From an uncultured virus (IMG/VR IMGVR_UViG_3300002097_000869) (Duplodnaviria; Heunggongvirae; Uroviricota; Caudoviricetes), in IMG/VR virus record IMGVR_UViG_3300002097_000869, positions 1 through 64,000 of that record: DNA of 64,000 nt. One strand, written 5' to 3'. Every line of letters begins with the position of its first letter. The first letter of the stretch is position 1. The notes beneath the pieces are model-generated. The model worked only from the letters and a program-made list of their open reading frames with translations. It was not told the DNA's origin and did no database searches. A program made the position numbers and the translations under genes. Below are positions 32,601-42,083 of this stretch, one piece after another.

Positions 32601-35600
32601 TGACATAAAAAACTTTAAGGTGGAGTTTGACCCAGATTATACAGTTATATCTGGTGGTATAAATGAAGTAAGATTAAATAATGGTGTGTACGTAGAGGTT
32701 GAGCAGGACGCTTCTTTTGTTTCTACGACCAGTGGTGTTAATATTTGTGTATATACAGGTTCTCTTGCTGGACAGCCTGATTATATTTATGATTATGGCA
32801 TAGATGAGTCTGGCATGGATAATAACGTACTATATGGTAGTGCTAAAATAGTATCCAATGTAGAACCAGATTCCGGGGTAATAGGTTATACAGGGCTTAT
32901 GTATGTTGGTACTTCTAATTACTTTAATGATTCATTCGGTAATTCTTGGAATAGGTGGATAGACAGGCCTGCTAGTGCGAATAGTTCTGCTAAGGGGTGT
33001 CTTTGTGTGTCTTATTTAGGTGACGTTGGGTATTTTTACTATAATTATACACCAGATACTTTTTCTTTATTTTCTCGGTCCTTGTCCTCGTCTTATGGAC
33101 AGTGGAGTTTAATAGGGTGTAATACTCAAGCTCCTGGTTATACAGGAGTTGGCTCTAGTAGGGCATATTGTGTTGATATAGATGATGGAAATCAGTATCT
33201 CATTGGTCCTACTTTTATGTCTTATTTCAATAAAGAAACAGGAGTGTGGAGTTCGAGTAATATCGGGACCGGTCCTGTGTATGTAGGCGGTGGAGAGGTC
33301 TTTGATGACGGTGAGGTGTCGCCTGCTGTTTCTAGAAAGGAGCTCTTCCTAGTGCAAGACGGGGAGGTAGGGAGGTTTAAGTCCGAGTGGTTAAATTGGG
33401 AGGGGGCTAGTTTATGTGGCACTTATAGTCCTGTAGGAGCTGTAGATACCTGTGTTGTTTATTCTGAATATGATAATGCTATTTATGTTTGGTCTTATGG
33501 TACGACTTCTAATTTTTATAGAATAATGCTTGATCAAAGAAGTTGGGAAGGGCCTTTGTCAGATCCTCCTGTACCATATAATGTTGATACTGGTATATAT
33601 AGTTTTTATAGGCCTTATGATGAGTGTTTGTATTTTATGATAAGTAAGTATAATAGGTTTTTGTGCTATGATATAAAGAAAGGGGCGTGGATTAATACCA
33701 GTTCTGGTTGGTTTTTTGCCTCCGTATCCAATAATATGAGTGCTTCTTATTCTCCAATAACAGATACTGTGTATTTGAATTATGGAATAGGGACTTTAAG
33801 TACGGCAAAATATAGGTTCAAAAATAATGAGTTTAAAGATTATGTTTCTTGGGAGCCTGCTTTATTAATTAACCCTGAGGGCCAATCAGGGAAAAGTTTC
33901 AGTAGGGTTTCTCTTGGTTCTGGTAAGTATGCTAAGTCTGATAGTTTTTCTGATTCTTTAGTAGACGGGGTCTGGTTTGATTTTGAGAGCCATGCCGTGA
34001 GTAAGACTTCTGTGGACGAGGGGGGAGGGGTTTTAAGTTTTATAATTAACAATATTACAGAAACGGGAGGGTCCCAAGCTTTGCGGACTAATGCGTGCCC
34101 GGTTCCCTCGGCGAGTTTTTCTGCTACTATGAAAGTGAAAATTTTGGGTCTTCCTTCTCCAAACCACGCTAGTTCTTTTAATAGTTTTGTTTTTGGTGTT
34201 ACGGATTACCTGGGTAGTAGGGGTAATGATTCTTGGACTGGTGTTTCTAGAATGGGTAATACCTTGTTAGGTAAAAACGGGCTGTGGCTTATTGGTTATA
34301 ATACGCAGACACTGTCTTCTAGGTATTCTTTATGGAAGAAAGAGGGACAAAGTGAGACTAGGTATGGTAGTACAAACTATATAGGTTTTAATGCCACTGA
34401 TGGTACAGAAAATGCTTCTTATAGGCTTTGGCGTATAGATTATAATTATCTAACATCAACTTTATCTGCCTATATAGATGGTGTTTTTGTAGGGTCTGTG
34501 CTGCTCACGAGTCAACTAAAGCATGGTATGTATTTATGCTTTGGTGGTTATTGTAACCAGATTTCTAGTTCTGGACAGTTGGATGTGGACGTTATAGATC
34601 TAGTAGTAAATGATTACACAAATATTTCTACGGTAGCAGGTTATATGACATTGGGCTGTTCTTCCCTTTGCTCTGAAAATTATTATGAGCGCTATGACTG
34701 TACTATGCGGTCAGAAGTACAGTTTTGTTTTGAAAATGACTTTGTTTTAGATACCTATTCAACGGATTCCAATAATTATGTGTGTACAATAGCAAATATC
34801 GAGAATGGTGAAAAGAAATATGAGTTGAACGCTCTCTATGATGGTTCTAAGAAAATAGGGATATATTCTTTTGGTAGCCAGTCAGAGCTGGGGTCTTATT
34901 CCTCTGTTGTGTTGCATGATTGGGCTTCTAGGTCTTTGTATAAGCTTAGTGTGGATAGTGATAAAAATCTTAGTGTTTTTGTAGATGGAACCCTAAAAGA
35001 AGAGTTGTATACTTTAGGTATAAATATTCCAGATACCTTATTAAAGCGGGTTTCATTTGGTAAGAATAATTTTAACAATCCCGCTATACGAAATATAATG
35101 GATACTAACACGGACCATATTACAACCTCTGGAACATGGTCTTTACAGCAAAACTCCGCTTCTTATAGGGGGGCTTATTTTGGGGCTCAGCGTTATAAGT
35201 ATAATGGGTCATCTTCGGACGTTATCATATTTAGATTTAATTGTGGCAGTGCTATCTATGGTAGCTTGTATATGTTTTACAATGTTGACCCGGTGTATTC
35301 TACAACAACCCCTATTATTATTTATCATAATGGTGTGGAGACTTTGCCCGTATCAGATTCTTTTTCTACAAACCCTCTTGTGTCTGTTTTAGATAACATA
35401 GGGGAGGGAGGGGCCTCTGATTTAGATGCAACTACAGTTGTTGTGTCTCAGGTACGGGATTGTAGTGGGTATTCTGTAGATGTTGTTAGGGCATCCGGGT
35501 GGGTTTATTTGGGCAGTTATTTGGGTATAAATAGGGTTATTGTTACCGGTTATACTGGTAAGAGTGTTGTAGCAGATACGTTTAAAGTCGAATATGGGGA

Positions 35601-35805
35601 TGAGCCTTCTTACAGTACCTTTTCTTCTAAGGTTTACAAATTTGGGTATGCTGTGGGTCAAGATTCCGTTAAATATTTAAGTAGTGCTTCTCCTGGTTTT
35701 AGTGTTGTTAATTTAGATACTAGTGAGTTGGTTGATTATTATGATAGTAATTCTTCACCGAATATAGTCGGTAGTGACATATCCGATATTAATATAGTAA
35801 TATAG
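29632..35805 (+). CDS. Giant putative tail/receptor-binding protein (2057 aa): discoidin (F5/8C), ConA-like repeats, Kelch-like propeller, C-terminal golvesin/Xly-CBD-like domain
   Basis: Discoidin: VIVDMG...VKNYRVGVS...TRYVKFYADTNWGG..YISVGKL. Three DGT....(W/F/Y)..W...Y......S..(V/I)DG modules. C-terminus SGTW...IYHNG...VSQ...GWVYLGSY...VVADTFK. Confidence 0.55.
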   Translation: MSSLDTILNIDSTYTDINGNYILNSDVVTSVSNYNSTVTGTENAWDHKWNVASPFINSSFSLPTSGTWTYGTDDSATPYKHNFFRMPWIGETDLLSGKSVTSSGYSGSFDAPNLVVFNSANGWWTANKTEYVNAVIVDMGVVSSISHICVIPGFGTDYTNWVKNYRVGVSNTINYWDFEIVASGITTSGVLEPIQVFLGEDSTRYVKFYADTNWGGASYISVGKLHAYDNPTWGVFGYKEKDQVDGSYALMYQSVDLTEIDTVYIDLLSLMSSAIQDGTISFYVDSNQVGSTLSYSSTLAWVDSEDGNRWKYREYPVDVSAYSGIRQFKVQFNTTRSDNTRAYFYFSASNLATMPRWFYEGVSGVRGLTAEFPTQVYVVVDTEGLSVINAADNTLWMRFLIGYGYALGEAPVSVCASNGKVWAATSKGLYRIDFIDNRVYRYNSAGVYYRPSIAARNEYSKWFLLNTDVATPSDFIRCVACGTYLGDEFIIAGTSDGLYFLKDPFIGVSGAYNSVYKWNINSVSINNGKVAVSVDGGTSSRIIYYDSIAALLSENFVVGNEVFSNDSLPINFSLSGSLPEQLSSIRCGELEFLPNGAHFTVSGTKVLPGSVSLVSNRYPSRPFDLYADVRIDDWVSRCGGGLHLGAGTGWPYSLDSYYSGHRNSYSVSASNLTFMPVIQNDPLVDNIYDRWSKNISTNTTSMLLSVSGTRFYGYTSSSSTGSQYGPLVGSYLSLASPSSFTARVKVCINSMPTGITAGRFKSVLFGVSNGSGGSTSTVSTAMAFTYHTSDINPAAYNTIAQSAINTWTPNTINTVAAFSGDGTGAAVFHQWEFTYNSSTGLFSCSVDGTHIRTFTNSVGSNVYIVFGFKESDNSVQNVSSYFKDFEIDFGYPSDNISRKYILATHNSAGGIKPTVSGGTHLDGVQFDTIDGTALAEWRTWRLSYDGSNVSSYVDGALVGGPTGVSFGSFVNFFVGYDMPVTVSGISSVCFDIKNFKVEFDPDYTVISGGINEVRLNNGVYVEVEQDASFVSTTSGVNICVYTGSLAGQPDYIYDYGIDESGMDNNVLYGSAKIVSNVEPDSGVIGYTGLMYVGTSNYFNDSFGNSWNRWIDRPASANSSAKGCLCVSYLGDVGYFYYNYTPDTFSLFSRSLSSSYGQWSLIGCNTQAPGYTGVGSSRAYCVDIDDGNQYLIGPTFMSYFNKETGVWSSSNIGTGPVYVGGGEVFDDGEVSPAVSRKELFLVQDGEVGRFKSEWLNWEGASLCGTYSPVGAVDTCVVYSEYDNAIYVWSYGTTSNFYRIMLDQRSWEGPLSDPPVPYNVDTGIYSFYRPYDECLYFMISKYNRFLCYDIKKGAWINTSSGWFFASVSNNMSASYSPITDTVYLNYGIGTLSTAKYRFKNNEFKDYVSWEPALLINPEGQSGKSFSRVSLGSGKYAKSDSFSDSLVDGVWFDFESHAVSKTSVDEGGGVLSFIINNITETGGSQALRTNACPVPSASFSATMKVKILGLPSPNHASSFNSFVFGVTDYLGSRGNDSWTGVSRMGNTLLGKNGLWLIGYNTQTLSSRYSLWKKEGQSETRYGSTNYIGFNATDGTENASYRLWRIDYNYLTSTLSAYIDGVFVGSVLLTSQLKHGMYLCFGGYCNQISSSGQLDVDVIDLVVNDYTNISTVAGYMTLGCSSLCSENYYERYDCTMRSEVQFCFENDFVLDTYSTDSNNYVCTIANIENGEKKYELNALYDGSKKIGIYSFGSQSELGSYSSVVLHDWASRSLYKLSVDSDKNLSVFVDGTLKEELYTLGINIPDTLLKRVSFGKNNFNNPAIRNIMDTNTDHITTSGTWSLQQNSASYRGAYFGAQRYKYNGSSSDVIIFRFNCGSAIYGSLYMFYNVDPVYSTTTPIIIYHNGVETLPVSDSFSTNPLVSVLDNIGEGGASDLDATTVVVSQVRDCSGYSVDVVRASGWVYLGSYLGINRVIVTGYTGKSVVADTFKVEYGDEPSYSTFSSKVYKFGYAVGQDSVKYLSSASPGFSVVNLDTSELVDYYDSNSSPNIVGSDISDINIVI

Positions 35806-35814
35806 GGGTGGTTA

Positions 35815-36615
35815 ATGGTATACTATTCTGCAGGAACGGCAACAACTGAGCAGGATTTAATAGTGGCAATAGACACATTCTTGACTAGTACCATAGGTTC
35901 TTGGTCTAGAATAGGGACTATAACTGACACTTCCTCAGATAAAGATTATGTTTATAAAGTGGCTGGTCCCGGTACACCAGGGCAGTATAGGGATATTTAT
36001 GTTCGTTGGAGGGGGTATAGTAATACTTTATATGTATACGGATATAGTGCTTGGTATAGTGCTGCTTCATATAGCGACCAATTGTATAGTACTACATATG
36101 CTGCTACTGGTGCTTCTGCTATAAAGTACTGGTTTTTTGGGGATAGTACATATCTGTGGGTTGTTATAAAAAATGGAGATGACAATTATTATTATTCGTG
36201 TTTTGGTGGTTTTATAGACAGTTATTATTCTTATACTTACGATCCTTTACCCTTGGCCGTTGTTGGGCAGACATCATACGCTACCGGTCTTCAGGAGGCA
36301 GGTAGAACACAGATGTATTCTGCTACAGTTAGTGGGTCAAATGTCAACTATTTGGTTGACCATGCCCAAACAGATTTTTTAGCCTATGGTGACCCTAATG
36401 TTAGGGATAATAGTCAAGCACACTATCCTCTTATTCTGTATAGCACTACAGCAGGATCTAAGGAGATTAGGGGGGAATTTCCAGGAGCAGTAAAGTTTTC
36501 TGGCGATACTTTGGTTTCAGAAGATTGGGTGGTGGTGTCGGGAACAGACTATAAGTTTTTTATACGTAGGTATAGTACGGACGACTGTGAGGGTTATGGC
36601 CCGGTCCATGTTTAA
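35815..36615 (+). CDS. Putative virion structural protein (266 aa), paralog of the next gene
   Basis: YSAGTATTEQDLIVAIDTFL...DIYVRWRGYS...KYWFFGD...DPLPL...EIRGE shared with 36631-37470. Confidence 0.6.
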   Translation: MVYYSAGTATTEQDLIVAIDTFLTSTIGSWSRIGTITDTSSDKDYVYKVAGPGTPGQYRDIYVRWRGYSNTLYVYGYSAWYSAASYSDQLYSTTYAATGASAIKYWFFGDSTYLWVVIKNGDDNYYYSCFGGFIDSYYSYTYDPLPLAVVGQTSYATGLQEAGRTQMYSATVSGSNVNYLVDHAQTDFLAYGDPNVRDNSQAHYPLILYSTTAGSKEIRGEFPGAVKFSGDTLVSEDWVVVSGTDYKFFIRRYSTDDCEGYGPVHV

Positions 36616-36630
36616 AGTGGAGGTAGAGTT

Positions 36631-37470
36631 ATGAAAATATATGATTATACATCAGGAACTTGTATTACTGAGCAGGATTTTATAACTGTTCTGGACGATT
36701 TTCTTCTTAATACAATTACTGGGTGGACTAGGATAGAAAAAGTCTCTGATTTATCTTCTGATAGGGATTATGCGTGGAAGTCTCCAGGAGAAACTCCTGC
36801 TGACAATGGGGATATATATATAAGATTTAGGGGATATAGTGATAATGTTTATCTTTATGGTTATGGCGTCTATGTTAGTAGTGCAAGTTATGCAGATCAG
36901 ATGTACGATGTTTCTTATACGTATATGCCTACGAACGGTCTTCCTTTTAAGTACTGGCTATATGGGGATAGAAACTTTGTGTGTGTTATTATCCTGAATA
37001 ATAGTACAGGAAATACACATACCGTTTATGCCGGTTTGATAAGAAGTTATTATGTGCCCGTTACAGACCCTTTACCATTGTTAATAAGAGGAAACACTAG
37101 TGCGGATTACCCCTGGACAGATGCAACAAATTCTAGGGCATATATGTTTAATTGCGTTTCCAGCGGGGTAGCTGTTAATGTTTCTTACAATTGGAGTACC
37201 CTTTTGGGTAATGACGTAGGGGTTAGAAGTAGCGCTGCTATTTTATTCCCTGTAATGTTGATGAATAGAAATGCGGGTGCATATGAGGTTAGAGGAGAGC
37301 CTTATGGGGTATACCAAGTAAATGGCTTTAGGGTGGGGCCTATGTCTGCCTTAATAACTGCTTCCGGTATTTTTGTTGTGTTTAGGCAGGGGGGCTCTTC
37401 TTATACAGATAGAACATATGCGTTTGGTCCTGTAGCTCCTGTTTCAGAGGAAACCACCTTTACAGTATAA
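36631..37470 (+). CDS. Putative virion structural protein (279 aa)
   Basis: GGAGG SD upstream. YTSGTCITEQDFITVLDDFL...DIYIRFRGYS...KYWLYGD...DPLPL...EVRGE. Confidence 0.6.
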   Translation: MKIYDYTSGTCITEQDFITVLDDFLLNTITGWTRIEKVSDLSSDRDYAWKSPGETPADNGDIYIRFRGYSDNVYLYGYGVYVSSASYADQMYDVSYTYMPTNGLPFKYWLYGDRNFVCVIILNNSTGNTHTVYAGLIRSYYVPVTDPLPLLIRGNTSADYPWTDATNSRAYMFNCVSSGVAVNVSYNWSTLLGNDVGVRSSAAILFPVMLMNRNAGAYEVRGEPYGVYQVNGFRVGPMSALITASGIFVVFRQGGSSYTDRTYAFGPVAPVSEETTFTV

Positions 37471-37475
37471 TCTAT

Positions 37476-40301
37476 ATGTCTCTAATTAAGAACATAGGCC
37501 TATTTGGGGCTAGAATGTCCAAGCCGGGTGTTCTTGGTGGTGTTATGGACGTTGTTTTGGGTACCAGGCTTTCCAGAAGAGGCAGTGTTGGGGCTGTTTT
37601 AGAGGGCCCTGTTCAGGGACATCTTAAATATAGGGGCTTGGTGGACTCTAGTGCTTTTCCTAAAAATGTTTATGCTAGACTTAAACATGATGATGCCGGA
37701 GGGTTTCTCCCTCTATATTCTGGTACGTTGGATTTGTCTGCCTTTATCAATGCTTTATTGAGAACCAGCACAGATTTATTCACAGATATTTTTGCCGAGG
37801 TTTTGTATTCGGATTTAAGGGCATTTATTTATCCTAAGGTTACCTTAGTAACCAGTGATTTACGAAGTATAATTGTGTCGTCCTATCAAACAAGTATTAA
37901 TTTATACGTTGGTATATCTGGTACTGCTCGTGTTCACACAGAGGCTCTCTCTTATACCTCTGTTTTATTGGCTACCCCATTTGGTTTTTCCATATTAAAA
38001 CGTTGTTTAACTAAGTTGCCAGATTTAACGGGTAGTATTAGGGGGTGGGCTGTTTCAGATCTATCCGTGTATTCGGGTATTGGTTTTAGAGGCGAGGCTA
38101 TTACATATGCCAATATACGAGGGATAGGGAAGGGTATATCTGATCTCAATGCTTATTTGGGGCCGACACGAATTAGGGATATGCTGGGTGAGCTTGTAAC
38201 TATACAACCTTCTGATATTGGGGCTCTTGTTGTGGGGTATTCACCTGCTGATCTTAATTCTTATATTTTATCTATTGAACCTAAGGAGCTAAGGGCCGTT
38301 GGGGGAGGGCATTTACCGGAAGATATTTATGCAAATTTGTTGGTTATACCACCGAAAGATTTACCTGTTTTTATACGTTCTGGTCTTAGTGGAATGTTAG
38401 ATCTTTTGTCTAGTCTTACTTCTACGGGGTATTGGGTGGATATGGGGGGTAGAATAGATGCTATGTATAGGAATTTTTCTAGCATTTTTGCAGGTATTAT
38501 TGTCAGTATACCAAAAGATATTTATGCTCGTTTGTATGGTTGGGCTACTAGTGATTTAACTGTTTTTATATTAGGTGAATATACTGATAGTATGTATGCT
38601 TATATAAAGGGTATAAGTGTTGGTAATTTAAAGGATCTTGTTTCGTTTATACGTGCTACTACTCATGTTACTATTGATGTTCTTGTCTTTGTAAAGGGTA
38701 TAATAAGTGCCCATACAACAGATAAGCCATATAATTATTATTTATTTACTCACCCCCATAGAAAGTTCTTGGTTGGATCTAGAGGTGGTTTGTCCATTAT
38801 GACAATGGATCCGATTAGGGGCTATTTTCCTGATTTAAGTGCTTCTGTAGTTGCTTTTCAATTATACACGTCAACCTTTAGGGCTTTTATACGACCAGCT
38901 CTTAGACTTTCGTATGATTTGTCCACAAGTAGTTTTTCTGTTACTAAACCCCTAGTTATAAATAAGTTGGACCTAATTTTTAGGAATTTTAGTGGTTTAT
39001 TTGCTGAGTTAAATGCTTTTTCTGCTTATAAAGTATTGTCTTGTTTTATACAGGGGTTTGTTTCTACTGGTACAAGTACTTCTGTTGGTGCTCATTGGAT
39101 AACTTCTGCTTCTATTAGTAGGGCTTTTTTGGCTACCAATTATGGTCTTTTTATTCCAGGGCCAGTTATAGGGGTTGTTCGTCCTATTACGTTTGTTAAC
39201 AATAGCTCAACTCCAGATTTATGGGCATATGTTAGGTCATGGGCTGTTTCCGATCTTTATTCCTCTATAAGTGTTTGGCCCTACGCAAATTTATTGGCCT
39301 CAGTGGTGTCTTTGGATTTGACACATGTGGCTATTTTAGCGGTTTTATTACAGTCGTTCACACTTTCTGATATAACGGCGGATATTTCTTCAAGTGGGGG
39401 TTTTTATGATTTGTTTTCTTCAGTTATTTCTGTAGGTAGTGTGTCTACTATTGGTGCTAGTATAAATGCTTATAGGGAAGTAAAGGGGCTTCGTTTAATA
39501 CCTGTTTATACCATACCATTTTTGGAGCTAAGGGCGTTTATTAATCCTGGGGGAAGTTGTGCCCCCTTGTCTTCTTATAAAGACTTGTTATCTTTTATAA
39601 GGTGTTCTGTTAGTGGGGCTGGTAGTGGTGATTTATATGCTACTATAGATTCCTTATCTTGTATATCTGATATTTTTTCATTTATTGTAGGAAAAAAACT
39701 TACCAGAATACGTGTTATAGATTTATATTTTAATACAAGAGAAAGGTTATTTTGTAATTTATATGGACGTATTATAGGTACTCGTGCATATAATAATGAT
39801 ATGCAAGCCAGTATTTTGGGTTTATTCCTCAGCAGCGATTTAACTGCTACTATACGTCCATATATACATAGGTTTAGAAATTTATCAGATAGTAGTATTA
39901 TTGATATATATAAAAATGAGGGTACAACGGCTTCTTTGTATAAGAAGTTGCGGCTGTATTTCTCTTCTGGTGTTTCAGAGTATATATATGACCCAGCTAG
40001 TGGTGGGGTATATTCTATAGATAATAAGCGCTGGGTTCTTAATTTAGAAGAAGTTACCAGTACTGGTTCTTTTTTTGATAGGGGTATTAATGATAGAATT
40101 AAACGTATTAATTCCATCGTTAATTTCAATTCTACGGATGAAGCTGTGCGTTCGGCAATAGCCATGCTAGTTGATTTAAGCACTTACGACATGCAAGCAG
40201 TCGTGTCTGCTGTAGGAGGGGTCTATCATCTACAGGCTTTTGTTATAGGTATGTCACAAGATAGGGTTATAGATTTATCTGGTAGTATTGTTTGTGTATA
40301 A
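37476..40301 (+). CDS. Repetitive putative fibre/beta-helical protein (941 aa) with about 12-aa D-L-x-A-x-I repeats
   Basis: Periodic units, e.g. TIQPSDIGALVV GYSPADLNSYIL SIEPKELRAVGG GHLPEDIYANLL VIPPKDLPVFIR. Confidence 0.5.
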   Translation: MSLIKNIGLFGARMSKPGVLGGVMDVVLGTRLSRRGSVGAVLEGPVQGHLKYRGLVDSSAFPKNVYARLKHDDAGGFLPLYSGTLDLSAFINALLRTSTDLFTDIFAEVLYSDLRAFIYPKVTLVTSDLRSIIVSSYQTSINLYVGISGTARVHTEALSYTSVLLATPFGFSILKRCLTKLPDLTGSIRGWAVSDLSVYSGIGFRGEAITYANIRGIGKGISDLNAYLGPTRIRDMLGELVTIQPSDIGALVVGYSPADLNSYILSIEPKELRAVGGGHLPEDIYANLLVIPPKDLPVFIRSGLSGMLDLLSSLTSTGYWVDMGGRIDAMYRNFSSIFAGIIVSIPKDIYARLYGWATSDLTVFILGEYTDSMYAYIKGISVGNLKDLVSFIRATTHVTIDVLVFVKGIISAHTTDKPYNYYLFTHPHRKFLVGSRGGLSIMTMDPIRGYFPDLSASVVAFQLYTSTFRAFIRPALRLSYDLSTSSFSVTKPLVINKLDLIFRNFSGLFAELNAFSAYKVLSCFIQGFVSTGTSTSVGAHWITSASISRAFLATNYGLFIPGPVIGVVRPITFVNNSSTPDLWAYVRSWAVSDLYSSISVWPYANLLASVVSLDLTHVAILAVLLQSFTLSDITADISSSGGFYDLFSSVISVGSVSTIGASINAYREVKGLRLIPVYTIPFLELRAFINPGGSCAPLSSYKDLLSFIRCSVSGAGSGDLYATIDSLSCISDIFSFIVGKKLTRIRVIDLYFNTRERLFCNLYGRIIGTRAYNNDMQASILGLFLSSDLTATIRPYIHRFRNLSDSSIIDIYKNEGTTASLYKKLRLYFSSGVSEYIYDPASGGVYSIDNKRWVLNLEEVTSTGSFFDRGINDRIKRINSIVNFNSTDEAVRSAIAMLVDLSTYDMQAVVSAVGGVYHLQAFVIGMSQDRVIDLSGSIVCV

Positions 40302-40307
40302 TTTTTC

Positions 40308-40336
40308 TTGTCAATTTTTTGTTTTTTTAGTATAAT
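40308..40336 (+). promoter_or_regulatory. Sigma70-type promoter of the replication operon
   Basis: TTGTCA (40308-40313), 17-nt spacer, TATAAT (40331-40336); SD AGGAGA at 40355-40360 precedes the dnaN ATG. Confidence 0.75.
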
Positions 40337-40365
40337 TAATACGTGATGGTAAAAAGGAGATTTTA

Positions 40366-41505
40366 ATGCGTTTTACAGTACAACTTGTAGACTTACTTCC
40401 TGCTGTTATTGTTTTGTCCGATTTTGTGCCAATAAAGGATAGTAGTGGGGCGTTTACTTCTATTAGAGTTATTGCTAATGATAACTTTGTTAGCTTGGCT
40501 TTTAGTAGTCAAATCTGCTTCGTAAATATAAAGGTACCTGCAACAGTATTAGAGGTAGGGGATTTATCTCTTCAATTTGATCCATTAAATAAAGCTGTTA
40601 GAAGTTTTTCTCCTCTTTCTCAGGAAGGGATAGGGACTGAAAGCTTGTCCTTCGAGTTAAATGAGAGGGGGATTTTATTAAAGGCTTGCTCCTTGTATAA
40701 AGAAAAAAAGTCGTACAGTCGTAGACTTATTCCAGTCTCTCCTTCGTTTGTTCCAATGCTAAAGTCAGTAGAGGGCATGCCCTCTGTAGATATCAATGCG
40801 GACTTGTTTTCTTCTGTATTGAAGGGTATAATAGTGTCTGCGTCTGTACAGGATGGAGGATCAGATTCAGGTGTCAGGTTTTTGGTAGAAGGAAGTAACT
40901 TTGTTTGTGCTTCCACGAATAGGGTTACTTTGACAGAGGCTGGAGGGGAAAACGATTCTTCTATAGATGGTTCCCTTTCTTGTGTTTTAGATAGCCCTAT
41001 GGTTGCCAAGATTGTAAAAACTATAGTAAAAATGAGGGACAGTGAGTACGATTCCGTAACTTTGTTTTTTAGTGACAACGCACTTGTGGTATCTTTTGCT
41101 GGGGTCTTTTTAAAGGCAGCTATATCAACCCTAGTCTTTCCTGATTATGAGCCCTTATTCCAAGGATTTAAAAACCACTTTGACATAGAAGCGAAGATTC
41201 TTTCAGAGAATATTCGTAACTTAGCTTTTAGTGCTTCAAAGAGTGACGATTATAGAGTATCTCTGTTTCTAAAAAGTGGGCAGTTATCTGTGTTTTCTAA
41301 TGAAAGTGAGAATAGTGGTATAAATATAGAGGGGTTCTTAGGGGAGTTAGCTATAGATTTTAATTGTTTCCTTCTTGAGCCTATAGTTAGCAATGCTGGC
41401 TATGGTGTGGTTAGGATATGGTTTAAGGACAATATTTCCCCTGTTTATCTAGAGTTTATAAAAAATGATATTAAAATAAGGTCTTTAGTAGCTTCATTAG
41501 GTTAA
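40366..41505 (+). CDS. dnaN: DNA polymerase III beta sliding clamp (divergent)
   Basis: 379 aa. Motifs: GVRFLV...CASTNRVTL (cf. ATDGHRL), FPDYE, IDFNCFLL (cf. IGFNxxYL), SPV...SLVASL C-terminus. Confidence 0.75.
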   Translation: MRFTVQLVDLLPAVIVLSDFVPIKDSSGAFTSIRVIANDNFVSLAFSSQICFVNIKVPATVLEVGDLSLQFDPLNKAVRSFSPLSQEGIGTESLSFELNERGILLKACSLYKEKKSYSRRLIPVSPSFVPMLKSVEGMPSVDINADLFSSVLKGIIVSASVQDGGSDSGVRFLVEGSNFVCASTNRVTLTEAGGENDSSIDGSLSCVLDSPMVAKIVKTIVKMRDSEYDSVTLFFSDNALVVSFAGVFLKAAISTLVFPDYEPLFQGFKNHFDIEAKILSENIRNLAFSASKSDDYRVSLFLKSGQLSVFSNESENSGINIEGFLGELAIDFNCFLLEPIVSNAGYGVVRIWFKDNISPVYLEFIKNDIKIRSLVASLG

Positions 41506-41507
41506 AA

Positions 41508-42083
41508 ATGTCTAAACAGTCAACAATTTTTTCGGGCGCCGAAAAAAATATTACTGAACAAGATTGTATTGACATATTAAAAGAAAAAAACTATATAATA
41601 ATAAAGCTAGACGATTTAGACACAACACAGGTTAAAACAGCTAAGGAGCTAGTTTCTTTTTTCTATGCTACTTTATCTTTTTATAATAGGTCAAGATTAT
41701 TACATTATGGGAAGACAACAAAAAAAGATTTAAAGTTAGCTTCATCTTTTATAAAGATAAGACAAGAAGAAGCCGGTCTTAGTAAGGGTAGGGCTGTACA
41801 AGAATGTGCCATGATAGTAAGGTGTGTAATAGCAAATGAACCAAAGTTTTCTCTTTCTGAGCCGTTACATAATATGGAATGTTTTGGACAGGAAAATATG
41901 CGGTGGGTTACTGATAAAGCAATAAGCATAATAAACGGGGAGAATAAGAAGATAGAAGAGGAAAAATATAATAAGTATATAGAAGATCTTTATGGTGCGC
42001 AAGAAAAAATAGCCATTGAAAATATAGATAATAAACATGTAGAAAATCTTAAGGATATTTTAGGAGATTTAGAAAATGGGTAG
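41508..42083 (+). CDS. Hypothetical protein in the replication operon
   Basis: 191-aa ORF tightly packed between dnaN and recA. Confidence 0.6.
   Translation: MSKQSTIFSGAEKNITEQDCIDILKEKNYIIIKLDDLDTTQVKTAKELVSFFYATLSFYNRSRLLHYGKTTKKDLKLASSFIKIRQEEAGLSKGRAVQECAMIVRCVIANEPKFSLSEPLHNMECFGQENMRWVTDKAISIINGENKKIEEEKYNKYIEDLYGAQEKIAIENIDNKHVENLKDILGDLENG

Noticed and set aside
2..40301. Diversity-generating retroelement acting on the adhesin genes
   Set aside because: No reverse transcriptase in the window, and I saw no TR/VR pair differing at adenines (by eye only).
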